DNA from: an uncultured Chloroflexia bacterium
GTDB lineage: Bacteria; Chloroflexota; Dehalococcoidia; DSTF01; JALHUB01
Length of the DNA: 64,000 nt
NCBI GenBank assembly: GCA_963703345.1
Contig: OY969814.1
Span: 1,824,001-1,888,000 of the forward strand
Direction of reading: 5' to 3'
Below the pieces are notes generated by a model. That model was not told where the DNA came from, searched no databases, and worked only from the letters and a program-made list of their open reading frames with translations. Position 1 is the stretch's first letter. The number at the start of each line of letters is the position of its first letter. Made by a program: the position numbers and the translations under genes. Positions 1 through 9,396 of this stretch are shown in pieces.

Positions 1-1712
1 CCGAGGTAGCAGGGGTCCTGGTAGGCGACGACCGCCTTGATCTCCTTTGTCAGCTTCAGCCGGCCCTCTTCGACCAGCTTCAGCAGGAACTCCGTGTGGT
101 GCACAACTTCGAAGTCGCCGCCGAACTGCGGGTACTCGTATTTCAGCGTGTGGTAGCAGTGCGGGCAGGCGGTGATGATCTTCTTGACGTTGTGCCGCTT
201 CAGGGTCTCGATGTTCTGCTGCGCCTGGCACTGGAACAGGTACTCGTCACCGATTCTCCGCGCCGGGTGGCCGCAGCAGGACTCTTCGTGGCCGAGGATG
301 CTTATCTTAACGCCGGCGGCATCGAGGACTCGCGCCAGGGCGAGGGCGGCCTTCATGCTGCTCTCCTGGAGAGCGGCGGTGCAGCCGACCCAGAAGAGGA
401 ACTCCGCGTCGCCGTCGTTGGCGACGTTCTTGACCTCGAAGCCCTCCGTCCAGTCGGTGCGCGAGGCCGAGGCGCCCTTCCAGGGGTGGCCGCGGTCCTG
501 GACCGAGCGCAGGGCCGCCATGAGCGTCGGCGGGATGTTGCCCTGCTCGAGGACGAGGTTGCGACGCAGCTCTATTATCTTCTTGACGGGCTCGACGAAG
601 ACGGGGCAGGCCTCTTCGCAGGCGCCGCAGGTCGTGCAGGCCCACAACTCGTCCTCGCTGACCACGCCGCCGGCAAGGAGCGGCACTTCATCCTGCGAGG
701 GCTGCTTGCCGTTGCGCTTGCCGCGCAGGAGCACAGGCGCCCGCTCGACCATGTGCGCCTTCAACTCCTGGATGACCATCTTCGGCGAAAGCGGCTTGCC
801 GGTCATGTTGGCCGGGCAGACCTCCTGACAGCGTCCGCAGCGGGTGCAGGCGTCGAGGTCGATGAGGTCTTTCCAGGTCAGGTCCTGGAGCTTCGCGGCG
901 CCCAGAGCGCCCACGCTCTCCTCTGTTATCTCTATTGGCTTCAGCACTCCCTTGGTGCCTTGTGTGCGCAGGAACATGTTGAGCGGCGAGGCGACTACGT
1001 GGGCCAGCTTGGTGAAGCTGACCACCACGTAGCCCATTCCGCCCATCGATACCAGCATGTGGGTCCACCACAGTGTCTTGTGCAATGTCAGGTCGGCGCT
1101 GTGGCCCAGCGGATGGAAGACGACAGCAAAGGCGAGGCCCACCGGCGACCAGACCGACCAGCCAAGGTGGGCGTCCATCTCCGACGCCGCAATCCGAGCC
1201 CCTTCAACCATGTAGCCGGTGACGATGATGCCGGCCACGAGCCCTAGAGCAACGCCGTCGTCGAGGACGTTGTTCAGCTTCTTGGGCCGGATGACGTAGC
1301 GGCGGTAGGCGGCCATTCCCAGGCCGGCAAGCACGAGCAGGCCGCCGACGTCGAGCATCAGCGACACGCCCAGATAGATGTTGCCCTCCATGAAGTGGTA
1401 GATGTGCTCACTCGTGAAGTCGAGGAAAGGGCCCATGAGGAGCACACCGAAGCCGCCGAAGATGAGCAGGTGCATGACGCCCGCGTACCGGTCGCGGACG
1501 ATGCGCTTGTGCCACAGACCGTCGGCCTTCGTCTTGATAAGGACCGCGCGGATCCTGCCCGGCAGGTCGCGGAGCCTATCGTCCTCGCTGCCCAGCCGCC
1601 ACATTCGCAGGCGGTGGGTGAGGCCGTAGACCGCGGCCACCATGAGCAGGAATCCGAACAGGTATACTAGCTCACCGAACTGGATGTTCCAGAATATCTC
1701 TCGGGAGGGCAT
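1..1712 (-). CDS. Membrane-bound Fe-S oxidoreductase (FadF/HdrD-GlpC-like: NarI-like TM region, 2x[4Fe-4S], CCG domain); runs off the window start
   Basis: Manual translation from ATG 1712 (RBS GGAGG): MPSREIFWNI..., several TM helices, CTRCGRCQEVCP, CTTCGACEEACP, FWVGC, ESCCG, TACPHC, YQDPCYLG. Absent from the ORF track because its stop lies outside the window. Confidence 0.9.
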   Translation of the reverse strand, partial: MPSREIFWNIQFGELVYLFGFLLMVAAVYGLTHRLRMWRLGSEDDRLRDLPGRIRAVLIKTKADGLWHKRIVRDRYAGVMHLLIFGGFGVLLMGPFLDFTSEHIYHFMEGNIYLGVSLMLDVGGLLVLAGLGMAAYRRYVIRPKKLNNVLDDGVALGLVAGIIVTGYMVEGARIAASEMDAHLGWSVWSPVGLAFAVVFHPLGHSADLTLHKTLWWTHMLVSMGGMGYVVVSFTKLAHVVASPLNMFLRTQGTKGVLKPIEITEESVGALGAAKLQDLTWKDLIDLDACTRCGRCQEVCPANMTGKPLSPKMVIQELKAHMVERAPVLLRGKRNGKQPSQDEVPLLAGGVVSEDELWACTTCGACEEACPVFVEPVKKIIELRRNLVLEQGNIPPTLMAALRSVQDRGHPWKGASASRTDWTEGFEVKNVANDGDAEFLFWVGCTAALQESSMKAALALARVLDAAGVKISILGHEESCCGHPARRIGDEYLFQCQAQQNIETLKRHNVKKIITACPHCYHTLKYEYPQFGGDFEVVHHTEFLLKLVEEGRLKLTKEIKAVVAYQDPCYL

Positions 1713-1806
1713 TTGGCACCTCCTTTACTCCTTCAGTCCACCCTCTTCTGCCTGACATCCTCCCTGACAAGCCGATGCTTGCCGTTTCTCCGTTGACCTC
1801 TCCCCG

Positions 1807-2298
1807 TCACGCCTTCGCCTTGGCCGTCGCGGCTTCGAGCCGGGCGTAAACCGGGTTGCCCTTGCTCCGGTACCACCAGCGCATGTACTGGGCCAGCGGC
1901 TCCCAGGACCAGGTGGCGGGAACGCAGGTCACGCCGTGCTCTTCGAGCAGCGCGAGCAGGAAGTCGAGGTCCGTCTTCTTGCAGGCGAGGCGGTCGGTGC
2001 GGTCCACGACCAGCACGTCGAACTTGTGGTCGGCAAGCATGGCGATGAGGCCCGGCCTGTTGAGGCATTCGCCGGTCCAGCCGATGTCCTCGTGGACGTC
2101 GGTTAGCTGCCACTTGTGAGCCTCGGCGCAGGCACAGATGCGGGTCTTCTGGCCGTCGGGCCGTGTCCACTTCTTGCCCATCTCTTCGAAGTCCTGCCTT
2201 ACGTACCCGACGGCACGCGGCTGCTCCTGCCAGATCGTCTGCGGGGCGCCAAGGCTGGTCTTCTCGACACCGGTTGGGGTTCCAGTCATCGTTGTCAT
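1807..2298 (-). CDS. Serine recombinase/resolvase catalytic-domain-only protein with degenerate active site
   Basis: AVGYVR..., EDIGWTG, RPGL, FDVLVVDRTDRLA, LEEHGV follow the resolvase N-terminal pattern. The catalytic Ser is absent (YVRQD) and there is no DNA-binding domain. Start placed at MTTM after an AAGGTG RBS. Confidence 0.7.
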   Translation of the reverse strand: MTTMTGTPTGVEKTSLGAPQTIWQEQPRAVGYVRQDFEEMGKKWTRPDGQKTRICACAEAHKWQLTDVHEDIGWTGECLNRPGLIAMLADHKFDVLVVDRTDRLACKKTDLDFLLALLEEHGVTCVPATWSWEPLAQYMRWWYRSKGNPVYARLEAATAKAKA

Positions 2299-2649
2299 TC
2301 TCTTCACCTTTGCCCTTTCCGTCTTTGTTCTTTGTTCCACCTGTAAGGTACGGCACAAAGGGCTAGGCTGTCGTCCGCCGCGCGCGCTGATTATTGTTAA
2401 GCATTTCGGCGTCCGAACCTCGGCGGCGAAGACGGCAATTGCGCTGGACTAGTCGCTGGACTCGGCAGAGCGCCTTTCGCGGATTGCGGATGGCATGAGC
2501 GGGATAGCGCGACGACGGTGCGCATTTCGCGCAACATCGTTACGTATAGTTGGCGGATGACTATCAGCAGGGTACGGCTGGCGGCTTAGGCTGCCTGCCT
2601 GTAATCTGTATATGGAAAGTCACCCGTCTGGGGCGCGAGGAGAACGAAG

Positions 2650-3336
2650 ATGGACAAGATCCGCATTCTCATAGCCGATGACCACACCCTCGTGCGCGAG
2701 GGCACACGCGAACGCCTGGAGCGGGAAGCGGACTTCGAGGTGGTCGGCGAGGCGGCGGACGGCGAGGAGGCGGTGCGCCTGGCGCAGGAGTTGAAACCGA
2801 ACGTGGCGATAATCGACATCGCCATGCCGAACCTGAACGGCATCGAGGCGACGAAGCAGATCAAGGCCAGCCAACCGGCCACTTCCATCCTCGTCCTCAG
2901 CGCCTATGACAACGACCAGTACATTTATGCCGTGCTGGAAGCCGGCGCCAACGGCTACCTGCTGAAGAACGTGCGCGGCGTCCAGCTCGTCGACGCGATA
3001 CGCGACGTGAGCGCCGGCGAGGTGGTGCTGGACCCACACGTGGCGCGCAAGGTCGTGCAGTGGTTCTCGTCGATGAGCCACGGGAAGAGCGTCGTGGAGG
3101 GGCTGCCGGATCATGTCAGCGACCGTGAGCTTGAGGTGTTGAACTTGGCGGCGAAAGGAATGAGCAACAAGGAGATCGCGTCGGAGCTGGCGCTGAGCGT
3201 GCGCACCGTGCAGTCGCACCTGGGCAACATTTTCGACAAGCTGGGCGTAAGCTCCCGCACGGAAGCGGTGCTGAAGGCCCTCAAAGAAGGCTGGATCTCG
3301 CTCGATGGTGTCTCTACGGGGGACTCGTCGAAATGA
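2650..3336 (+). CDS. NarL/FixJ-family response regulator (REC + LuxR HTH)
   Basis: IADDH, IIDIAMP, GYLLK, SNKEIA...SVRTV..HL.NIF.KLGV. Confidence 0.95.
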   Translation: MDKIRILIADDHTLVREGTRERLEREADFEVVGEAADGEEAVRLAQELKPNVAIIDIAMPNLNGIEATKQIKASQPATSILVLSAYDNDQYIYAVLEAGANGYLLKNVRGVQLVDAIRDVSAGEVVLDPHVARKVVQWFSSMSHGKSVVEGLPDHVSDRELEVLNLAAKGMSNKEIASELALSVRTVQSHLGNIFDKLGVSSRTEAVLKALKEGWISLDGVSTGDSSK

Positions 3337-5372
3337 TACGGACCCTAACCCGAACGAGGGAGATGCTCAGTACTCCGGCGCGCGAGACGCGCTCCTGGCG
3401 GGTGCTGCGGGAGCCGCACTTCTGGATAATCGTCGCGATCATCACCTGCGGCACAATACTCTATTATGCGGACGTTCTTCCCGTCCTCAGCTCCCTCGAA
3501 ACGGTGCTGCACATCGAACTCACGCGTCGTTCTGTGCACCGCATCCTTTCCATTCTGCCCGTCGCGTACGCGGCCTACATATTCGGGCTCCGAGGCGGCC
3601 TATCCACGACGGCGGTAATCACCGCTCTGCTTCTGCCGCGCGTATTCGTGGCCTCAACCGCTCCCGAAGAAGCCGGAATCGAGACAGCGGCGTTCGCCGT
3701 CATGGGCGCCTTCGTTACCTGGCTCATCGACGTTCAAAATCGCGAAAAGGCGCAGCACCGGGGGACCATCGTTTCGTTGGAGTGGACGCAGCGGGAGTTG
3801 CGCTCGCACATCCAGACGGTGGAGAACGAAGAGCGGCGGCTTCAGACCATCAACGCCGTCCTCAACGTCGTCGCCGAGTCGCTGGAGCCGCGGCAGATCC
3901 TGCATCACGCGATGGACAAGGTGCAGGAGGTCATGGGAGTCGAGAAGTCGCTGCTCTACCTGCTGGACGAGGACTCCGACGAGCTGACGCTGGAGGCCTA
4001 TCACGGCATATCGATCGAGTTCGCAGACCTCGCGAAGAGGGTGCGCGTCGGCGAGGGTCTGAACGGACGCGTCGCCCAGACGGGCGAGCCGCTGGTGGCG
4101 GACGGTCGGGCCACGAGCCCGCTGCTGGCAAGCGAGATAGGCCGGCGCGAGAACCTCCAGGCGCAGCTCATCGTGCCTCTAAAGTCGAAGGGCAAGGTGC
4201 TGGGCACTCTTTGCGCCGCGACGAGCGAGCCCAGGGAGTTCGCGAGCGAGGAGATCGAGCTGGCGAGCGCCATCGGCAACGCAATCGGCGTCGCCATCGA
4301 GAACGGGAAGCTATACGAGAAAGAGCGAGAGGCGTCGGAGCAGTTGAGGCAGTCCGAGGAGAACTACCGCGGCCTGTTCGAGAATGCCACCGGCGCGATT
4401 GAAGTGCATGACCTGAACGGCAAGATAGTCAACGCCAACCGCGCGTTCGAAAAGCTCACCGGGTATGATCTGGAAGAGCTGAAGACACTGGACGCGACAA
4501 AGTTCCTGGAGCCGAAAGACGTCAGGGCGGTGGAGGATATGCTGAGGGCGCAATATCGCGGCGAGCCGGTGGAGGCCCTGATCGAGTTCCCGCTCAGGCG
4601 TCGCGACGGCAGCCAGGCGATTGTCGAGCTCATGCCCAGCCTCATTATCCGCAACGGACGGCCGATCGGCGTGCAGTCCATCGTTCGGGACGTCACGGAG
4701 CAGCGGCGAATGCAGGAGAACCTCCGCTACTACGTCTCGCAGGTGCTGAAGGCGCAGGAGAGCGAGCGCCTGCGCATCGCCCGCGAGCTGCACGACGACA
4801 CGGCGCAGGCGTTGACCGGCGTCTCGCGTCGCCTCGACCTGCTGTCGTCAAGCGGGTCGGACGTGCCGGCGGAGGTCGCGCAACGGCTGGACGAGCTGCG
4901 GGAACAGACGGACGCGATCCTCGACGGCGTGCGACGCTTCAGCCAGGACCTGCGGCCGCCGGTGCTCGACGACCTGGGTCTGCTCCCGGCGCTGAAGTGG
5001 CTGCTCATCGCCCTCGATGAGCAGGACGGGATTGCTACGAACACGCGCCTGTTAGGCGAGCCGCGTCGCCTGCCGCGGGAGTCGGAGCTGGCATTGTTCC
5101 GCATCGCGCAGGAAGCGCTGAACAACGTCAGGAAGCATTCGCGCGCTTCGGCCGTGGAGTTGACGCTGGACTTCCGCAGCGACAGCATCGCGATGACGGT
5201 GGCGGACAACGGCAACGGCTTCGAGTTGCCGCCGGCCACGGGCGACCTGGCGCTGTCGGGCAAGCTGGGGCTGATCGGGATGCAGGAGCGAGCGCGGCTC
5301 CTCGGCGGTACGATTGAGATGGAGTCGCAGCCGGGCGAGGGCACGAAGGTCGTCGTGACGGTACCGGGCTAG
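3333..5372 (+). CDS. Membrane sensor histidine kinase (TM-GAF-PAS-HisKA_3-HATPase)
   Basis: ERLRIARELHDDTAQ, QEALNNVRKHS, DNGNGF, GLIGMQERA; overlaps the regulator stop (ATGA). Confidence 0.95.
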   Translation: MIRTLTRTREMLSTPARETRSWRVLREPHFWIIVAIITCGTILYYADVLPVLSSLETVLHIELTRRSVHRILSILPVAYAAYIFGLRGGLSTTAVITALLLPRVFVASTAPEEAGIETAAFAVMGAFVTWLIDVQNREKAQHRGTIVSLEWTQRELRSHIQTVENEERRLQTINAVLNVVAESLEPRQILHHAMDKVQEVMGVEKSLLYLLDEDSDELTLEAYHGISIEFADLAKRVRVGEGLNGRVAQTGEPLVADGRATSPLLASEIGRRENLQAQLIVPLKSKGKVLGTLCAATSEPREFASEEIELASAIGNAIGVAIENGKLYEKEREASEQLRQSEENYRGLFENATGAIEVHDLNGKIVNANRAFEKLTGYDLEELKTLDATKFLEPKDVRAVEDMLRAQYRGEPVEALIEFPLRRRDGSQAIVELMPSLIIRNGRPIGVQSIVRDVTEQRRMQENLRYYVSQVLKAQESERLRIARELHDDTAQALTGVSRRLDLLSSSGSDVPAEVAQRLDELREQTDAILDGVRRFSQDLRPPVLDDLGLLPALKWLLIALDEQDGIATNTRLLGEPRRLPRESELALFRIAQEALNNVRKHSRASAVELTLDFRSDSIAMTVADNGNGFELPPATGDLALSGKLGLIGMQERARLLGGTIEMESQPGEGTKVVVTVPG

Positions 5373-5428
5373 AGTATCCCTGTTTCTCGACCGCGCCCTA
5401 AAGGACGCGGCATCCCTTTTGAAAAGAA

Positions 5429-5492
5429 GTAGGCCAGGCTTTCCAGCCTGGCCGCATTCTTGCTCCCGCCGAGGCTGGAAAGCCTCGGCTAC
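5429..5492. repeat. Inverted pair of GTAG-type REP-like palindromes (REPIN-like)
   Basis: GTAGGCCAGGCTTTCCAGCCTGGC and inverted GCCGAGGCTGGAAAGCCTCGGCTAC, between convergent genes. Confidence 0.6.
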
Positions 5493-5535
5493 GTGTTTCC
5501 CCAGCAGACCGCGAACATCCCGCTTCCGTCAGAGT

Positions 5536-6624
5536 CTACACCACGTCGGAGTCCCCGAGGGTTAGGAACCAGTTGTGCAGGTCGTAGGCGGCGTTCGCCT
5601 CGTCGGCGTGGGAGCGCACGACGAAGTGAAGCGGATGCGGCTCCATGAAGCGCGGCGGCATCCAGAAGCCGGAGGCGCGGAACAGCCGGAACTCGTCGGT
5701 GTGACGGAGCGAGAGCGTCGCCAGCATGTCGAGATCGCGGTCTTGGAAGTAAGCGCCGGCGTGGTCGATTAGCAGGCGGCCGGCGGCCCGTCCTTCGCCG
5801 CTCGCTTCGACAACGAGGTCGACGATGAGGCCGGCGGAGAAGCGGCCCAGCGACGCGGCCCGCAAGACGCTTATCGCCCGCACTTTCCCCTCGGACCTTG
5901 CGGCGAAAGCGGCAAAATCTCCCTCAGGCGCGTTTGTATAGCGCCAGTTCAGGTAGGCGGAGTCGCGGACGACGATGAGCGGCGCGCGGTGCTGGACGCG
6001 GCGCCAGAAGACAGCGAACGGCTCGTCGAAGTCCTTCACCTCGTCGATTGCCAGGCCGGGCACTTCTTTCTGCCGAACAGACGGCGGCGTGCGCCAGACG
6101 ACGCGCGCAATCGATGCCGTCCTCGCCAGGACGCGGCTGCCGGTCGTCTTCATCGCCAGGCGCTCAGGATGCAGCGGGCGGATGAGCAGGGAGAGCGCGG
6201 CCACTTCCTTGAACCCGCCCTGATTGACGAGGACCGGGAAGGATGCGTCGTCGGGGAAGGCGTAGCTGAAGGCGATCTTCTCCTCGGCGGCGAGGGCATC
6301 GAGCTTTCGCAGCAGGTCGAGGGGGATGCCGCGGCCTTCAAACTCGGGGTCGATAAGCGGCTTGAGCGTGAGCGCAGCGGTCACGGACTCGCCGGAGAGC
6401 CGCACGCCAACCGGCGCCATGGCGGCGCAGGCGATGAGGCGGCCGGACGCTGCTTCCCGCGCGACCATGCCGATGGCCGGACCGCCGGGGCCCCGCTGCA
6501 TCAGCCACTCGAAGTACGCCTCGCCTGGAGCGCCTTCGGCCAAGACCTTCCGGGCGAGCTCAAGGCAGGCTGCGGCGTCTTCCGGCGTGTACCTCGCGGC
6601 CGTCCAGGTCTCCTCTTGAAGCAC
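5536..6624 (-). CDS. GNAT-family acetyltransferase (tandem GNAT-like)
   Basis: IDPEFEGRGI acetyl-CoA motif, YAFPD, VVRDSAYLNWRY, W.LTLGDSDV end; GTG start after GGAGG. Confidence 0.75.
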   Translation of the reverse strand: MLQEETWTAARYTPEDAAACLELARKVLAEGAPGEAYFEWLMQRGPGGPAIGMVAREAASGRLIACAAMAPVGVRLSGESVTAALTLKPLIDPEFEGRGIPLDLLRKLDALAAEEKIAFSYAFPDDASFPVLVNQGGFKEVAALSLLIRPLHPERLAMKTTGSRVLARTASIARVVWRTPPSVRQKEVPGLAIDEVKDFDEPFAVFWRRVQHRAPLIVVRDSAYLNWRYTNAPEGDFAAFAARSEGKVRAISVLRAASLGRFSAGLIVDLVVEASGEGRAAGRLLIDHAGAYFQDRDLDMLATLSLRHTDEFRLFRASGFWMPPRFMEPHPLHFVVRSHADEANAAYDLHNWFLTLGDSDVV

Positions 6625-6757
6625 GCTTCGACCTCCGCTCGCTGTGACCGCCGGTATTATAGCATGGCACCCGGTCGATAGCCGTAAGCGGGGCGCGTTG
6701 ACGCTTTTCCGCCGCCGATGCCATACTCGCGGCAGGTCGGCACGAAGAAAGGGGCGC

Positions 6758-7546
6758 ATGATGGAATACGAGGACCTGCTCTACGAAAAGGACGGCGCCA
6801 TTGCCACGATAACGCTGAACCGGCCGGAGGCGCTCAACGCGATCTCGCTGGCGATGCTGAACAGTCTGGCCGCGGCCCTGCGCGAAGTCGACAGGGACCC
6901 GGAGGTGCGGGTAGTCGTCGTCACCGGCGCCGGACGCGGCTTCTGCGCCGGACTGGATCTGAAGGAGATGTTCGGGGCTGCCGCCGGCGGCGCTCCCCTT
7001 GGCATTCGCTTCGATCTGAATAACAGCCCGCCGATGGCGCTGCACACTCTCGACAAGCCGGTCATCTGCTCGCTCAACGGCCCGGCCGCCGGCTACGGCT
7101 TCGACCTGGCGCTCGGCTGCGACGTCCGCATCGCTTCGGAGAAGGCGCGAATGGGCGCGGTGTTCACGCGCCGGGGCATTCTGCCGGAGAGCGGCGGCAC
7201 GTGGATGCTGCCCCGACTGCTCGGCTGGGCGAAGGCCTCGGAGCTTGTCTTCCGCGGTCGTGTCCTCGACGCGCAGGAGTCGCTGGAGCTGGGACTGGTG
7301 AATACGGTGGTCCCGCACGAGCGGCTGGCGGAGGAGACGCGCGCCTGGGCGGAGGAGATCGCCGGCAACGCGCCGCTCGCGGTCCAGGCCGCAAAGCGCC
7401 TGATGCGCCTGGGGCTGGAAGAGAGCTTCGAGGCGAGCGTCCACCACGCTTATCTGCAGCTATTGCCGCTTTTCGGGACGGAGGACTTCAAGGAGGGCGT
7501 GAGCTCGTTCCTGGAGAAGCGTCCGCCGGCGTTCAAGGGCCGCTAG
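6758..7546 (+). CDS. Enoyl-CoA hydratase/isomerase (crotonase family)
   Basis: ITLNRPEALNA, FCAGLDL, NGPAAGYG, PESGG, EDFKEGVSSFLEKRPP.FKGR. Confidence 0.95.
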   Translation: MMEYEDLLYEKDGAIATITLNRPEALNAISLAMLNSLAAALREVDRDPEVRVVVVTGAGRGFCAGLDLKEMFGAAAGGAPLGIRFDLNNSPPMALHTLDKPVICSLNGPAAGYGFDLALGCDVRIASEKARMGAVFTRRGILPESGGTWMLPRLLGWAKASELVFRGRVLDAQESLELGLVNTVVPHERLAEETRAWAEEIAGNAPLAVQAAKRLMRLGLEESFEASVHHAYLQLLPLFGTEDFKEGVSSFLEKRPPAFKGR

Positions 7547-7730
7547 GGACGTTCACCTCCGTCGACTTCGACGTCGACTCCGGCGGCGCAAGATCTGCGT
7601 GGAGTATCGAGCGAGACGTGGTTTCGGGGGCCGTTCGGGATCCCGAACGGCCCCAAGAATGCGCGCTAGCGCACGTCGTCTCGACCAATCGAACCTGCGA
7701 TGCTTGTCGACAACCGATGAGGAATCGCTC

Positions 7731-8333
7731 CTACTGCCCGCGGCTGTAGGTTCCCATCAACTCCGCCTGCCCGAGGATATGGCCGTTCATCGCCTGGAGG
7801 AGCTGGTCTTCCGTCCAGCCGGGCGTCGAATCGAGCTTGACGTCGAGGGCGTACAGGCGGAAGAAGTAGCGGTGCACGCCGCTGGGCGGGCAGGGGCCGG
7901 TGTAGCCCAGCTTGCCGGCGCCATTCGCCCCGTTCACGCCGCCCGTCGCCGGCCTCTCGTCCGTCGAGACGCCTTCGGGCAGCGCGCGCAACGCCGGCGG
8001 CAGCCCGTAGATGGCCCAGTGGACGAAAGTGCCTGACGGCGCGTCGGGGTCGTCGACCACGAGGGCGAGGCTTTGCGTGCCCGACGGCGGCGCATCCCAT
8101 TGCAGCGGCGGCGATATGCTTTCGCCGTCGCAGGTGTACTTCGCCGGAATCGTTGCCTTCGCGGCGAAGGCCGAGCTCGTCATTGTCATCGTTGCCGGCG
8201 TCATCGTTGTCGCCTCCTTGCTAGCGACCGCGCTGGTCGTTGGCGTGGCTGAGGGCGTGCCACCTCCCCCGCCACACGCAACCCCAAGCGCCAGCCAGAG
8301 AGCAGCGAGGAACAGGATAAACGCCTTTCGCAT
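7731..8333 (-). CDS. YbhB/YbcL (PEBP/Raf kinase inhibitor-like) lipoprotein
   Basis: Lipobox GVAC, Ser/Thr/Pro linker, YTCDG, DDPDAP, FVHW, GYTGPCPP, HRYFF. Confidence 0.9.
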   Translation of the reverse strand: MRKAFILFLAALWLALGVACGGGGGTPSATPTTSAVASKEATTMTPATMTMTSSAFAAKATIPAKYTCDGESISPPLQWDAPPSGTQSLALVVDDPDAPSGTFVHWAIYGLPPALRALPEGVSTDERPATGGVNGANGAGKLGYTGPCPPSGVHRYFFRLYALDVKLDSTPGWTEDQLLQAMNGHILGQAELMGTYSRGQ

Positions 8334-8490
8334 GCCATGCCTCCGCGGATCGTCCTTCGCGATGCTGTTCTCTGCCATTCTACACGAAAAAGCGGAAGCG
8401 AAAACACCGCCACAGAGTGCAATTCCGCGACGACGATGGTATGCTTGAGCGCGTCGGAAAGCAACTGTCGCGATTCGGGGGATTGCGCGA

Positions 8491-9396
8491 ATGGCCCGAA
8501 AAAAAGCCGAGGCCGAGGCGCCACGAAAGAAGAAGTCGCGTCGCCGCAAGCAGTCCTTTAGCCAGAGGGCCGGCAGCATTACGCTGCGCTTCGTCGTGCC
8601 GGGCGTGCTCGTGGCGGCCGCGGTCGCGATAATTGGCGTCTTTCTCGTCGGCCAGAAGACCAGCGAGGCGCCAGAGTTGCGGGCGGCCATCGTCGACCAA
8701 CTGGGCCTCACCGATCCGAACCCGGCCTTCGCCCAGGCCGTGACGCCCGTCTTGCAGCAGGCCGGTTACAGCGTCGACTACTTTCCGCCGGAGCAGGTCA
8801 ACGTCGAGTTCTACCGCCATATTGCGGAGCAAAAGTACACGCTCATCATCTTCAGAGTCCACATCGCCCGCTTCACCGAAGAGGGACTGACGCAGTCGGA
8901 TCCCGTGAAGCGACAGCAGATCATCGACGCCTTCGGCCAAGAGGCCTTCCTCTTCAGCTCTGAGGAGTACGATTCGTCGAAATACGCCGACGAGCGCGCG
9001 CAGTACCGCCTCTTCGCCGTCCGCAACCTCGCTGGCTCCGGCGACAAGCGCTTCTTCGGCATAGCGCCGCAGTTCGTTGAGTCCAGCATGCAAGGCAGCT
9101 TCAACAACACGACAATCGTGCTCATGGGCTGCGACGGCCTGCTCTTCGACACGACGGCGAAGGCGTTCGCGAAGAAGGGCGCCGGCGTCATCATCGGCTG
9201 GAATAGCCTCGTCTCCGCTGAGCACACCGACGCCGCAATACAGAGCCTCCTGCCAAAACTAGTGTCGCAGAAGCTTACCTTCGGCCAGGCAATCAGTCAG
9301 ACGATGGCCGAGGTCGGCAAGGACCCAAGCTACGACAACGCCCTCAAGGTCTATCCCCCGGACGCCGAGAGCCGCACGCTCCTCCAGAGCGGCTAG
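8491..9396 (+). CDS. Membrane-anchored hypothetical protein with possible clan CD (CHAT/caspase-like) fold
   Basis: Basic N-terminus plus one TM; IIFRVH and IVLMGC..., AFAKKGAGVIIGW. Confidence 0.55.
   Translation: MARKKAEAEAPRKKKSRRRKQSFSQRAGSITLRFVVPGVLVAAAVAIIGVFLVGQKTSEAPELRAAIVDQLGLTDPNPAFAQAVTPVLQQAGYSVDYFPPEQVNVEFYRHIAEQKYTLIIFRVHIARFTEEGLTQSDPVKRQQIIDAFGQEAFLFSSEEYDSSKYADERAQYRLFAVRNLAGSGDKRFFGIAPQFVESSMQGSFNNTTIVLMGCDGLLFDTTAKAFAKKGAGVIIGWNSLVSAEHTDAAIQSLLPKLVSQKLTFGQAISQTMAEVGKDPSYDNALKVYPPDAESRTLLQSG

Noticed and set aside
96-1247. 383-aa plus-strand ORF and other long antisense ORFs (e.g. 13514-14905, 18095-19411, 20802-22565, 29590-30870, 55545-57692)
   Set aside because: Shadow frames opposite well-supported genes, typical of high-GC DNA.
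1807-2358. Mobile element or invertible segment around the resolvase-like gene
   Set aside because: No catalytic Ser, and no flanking repeats or cargo genes seen.
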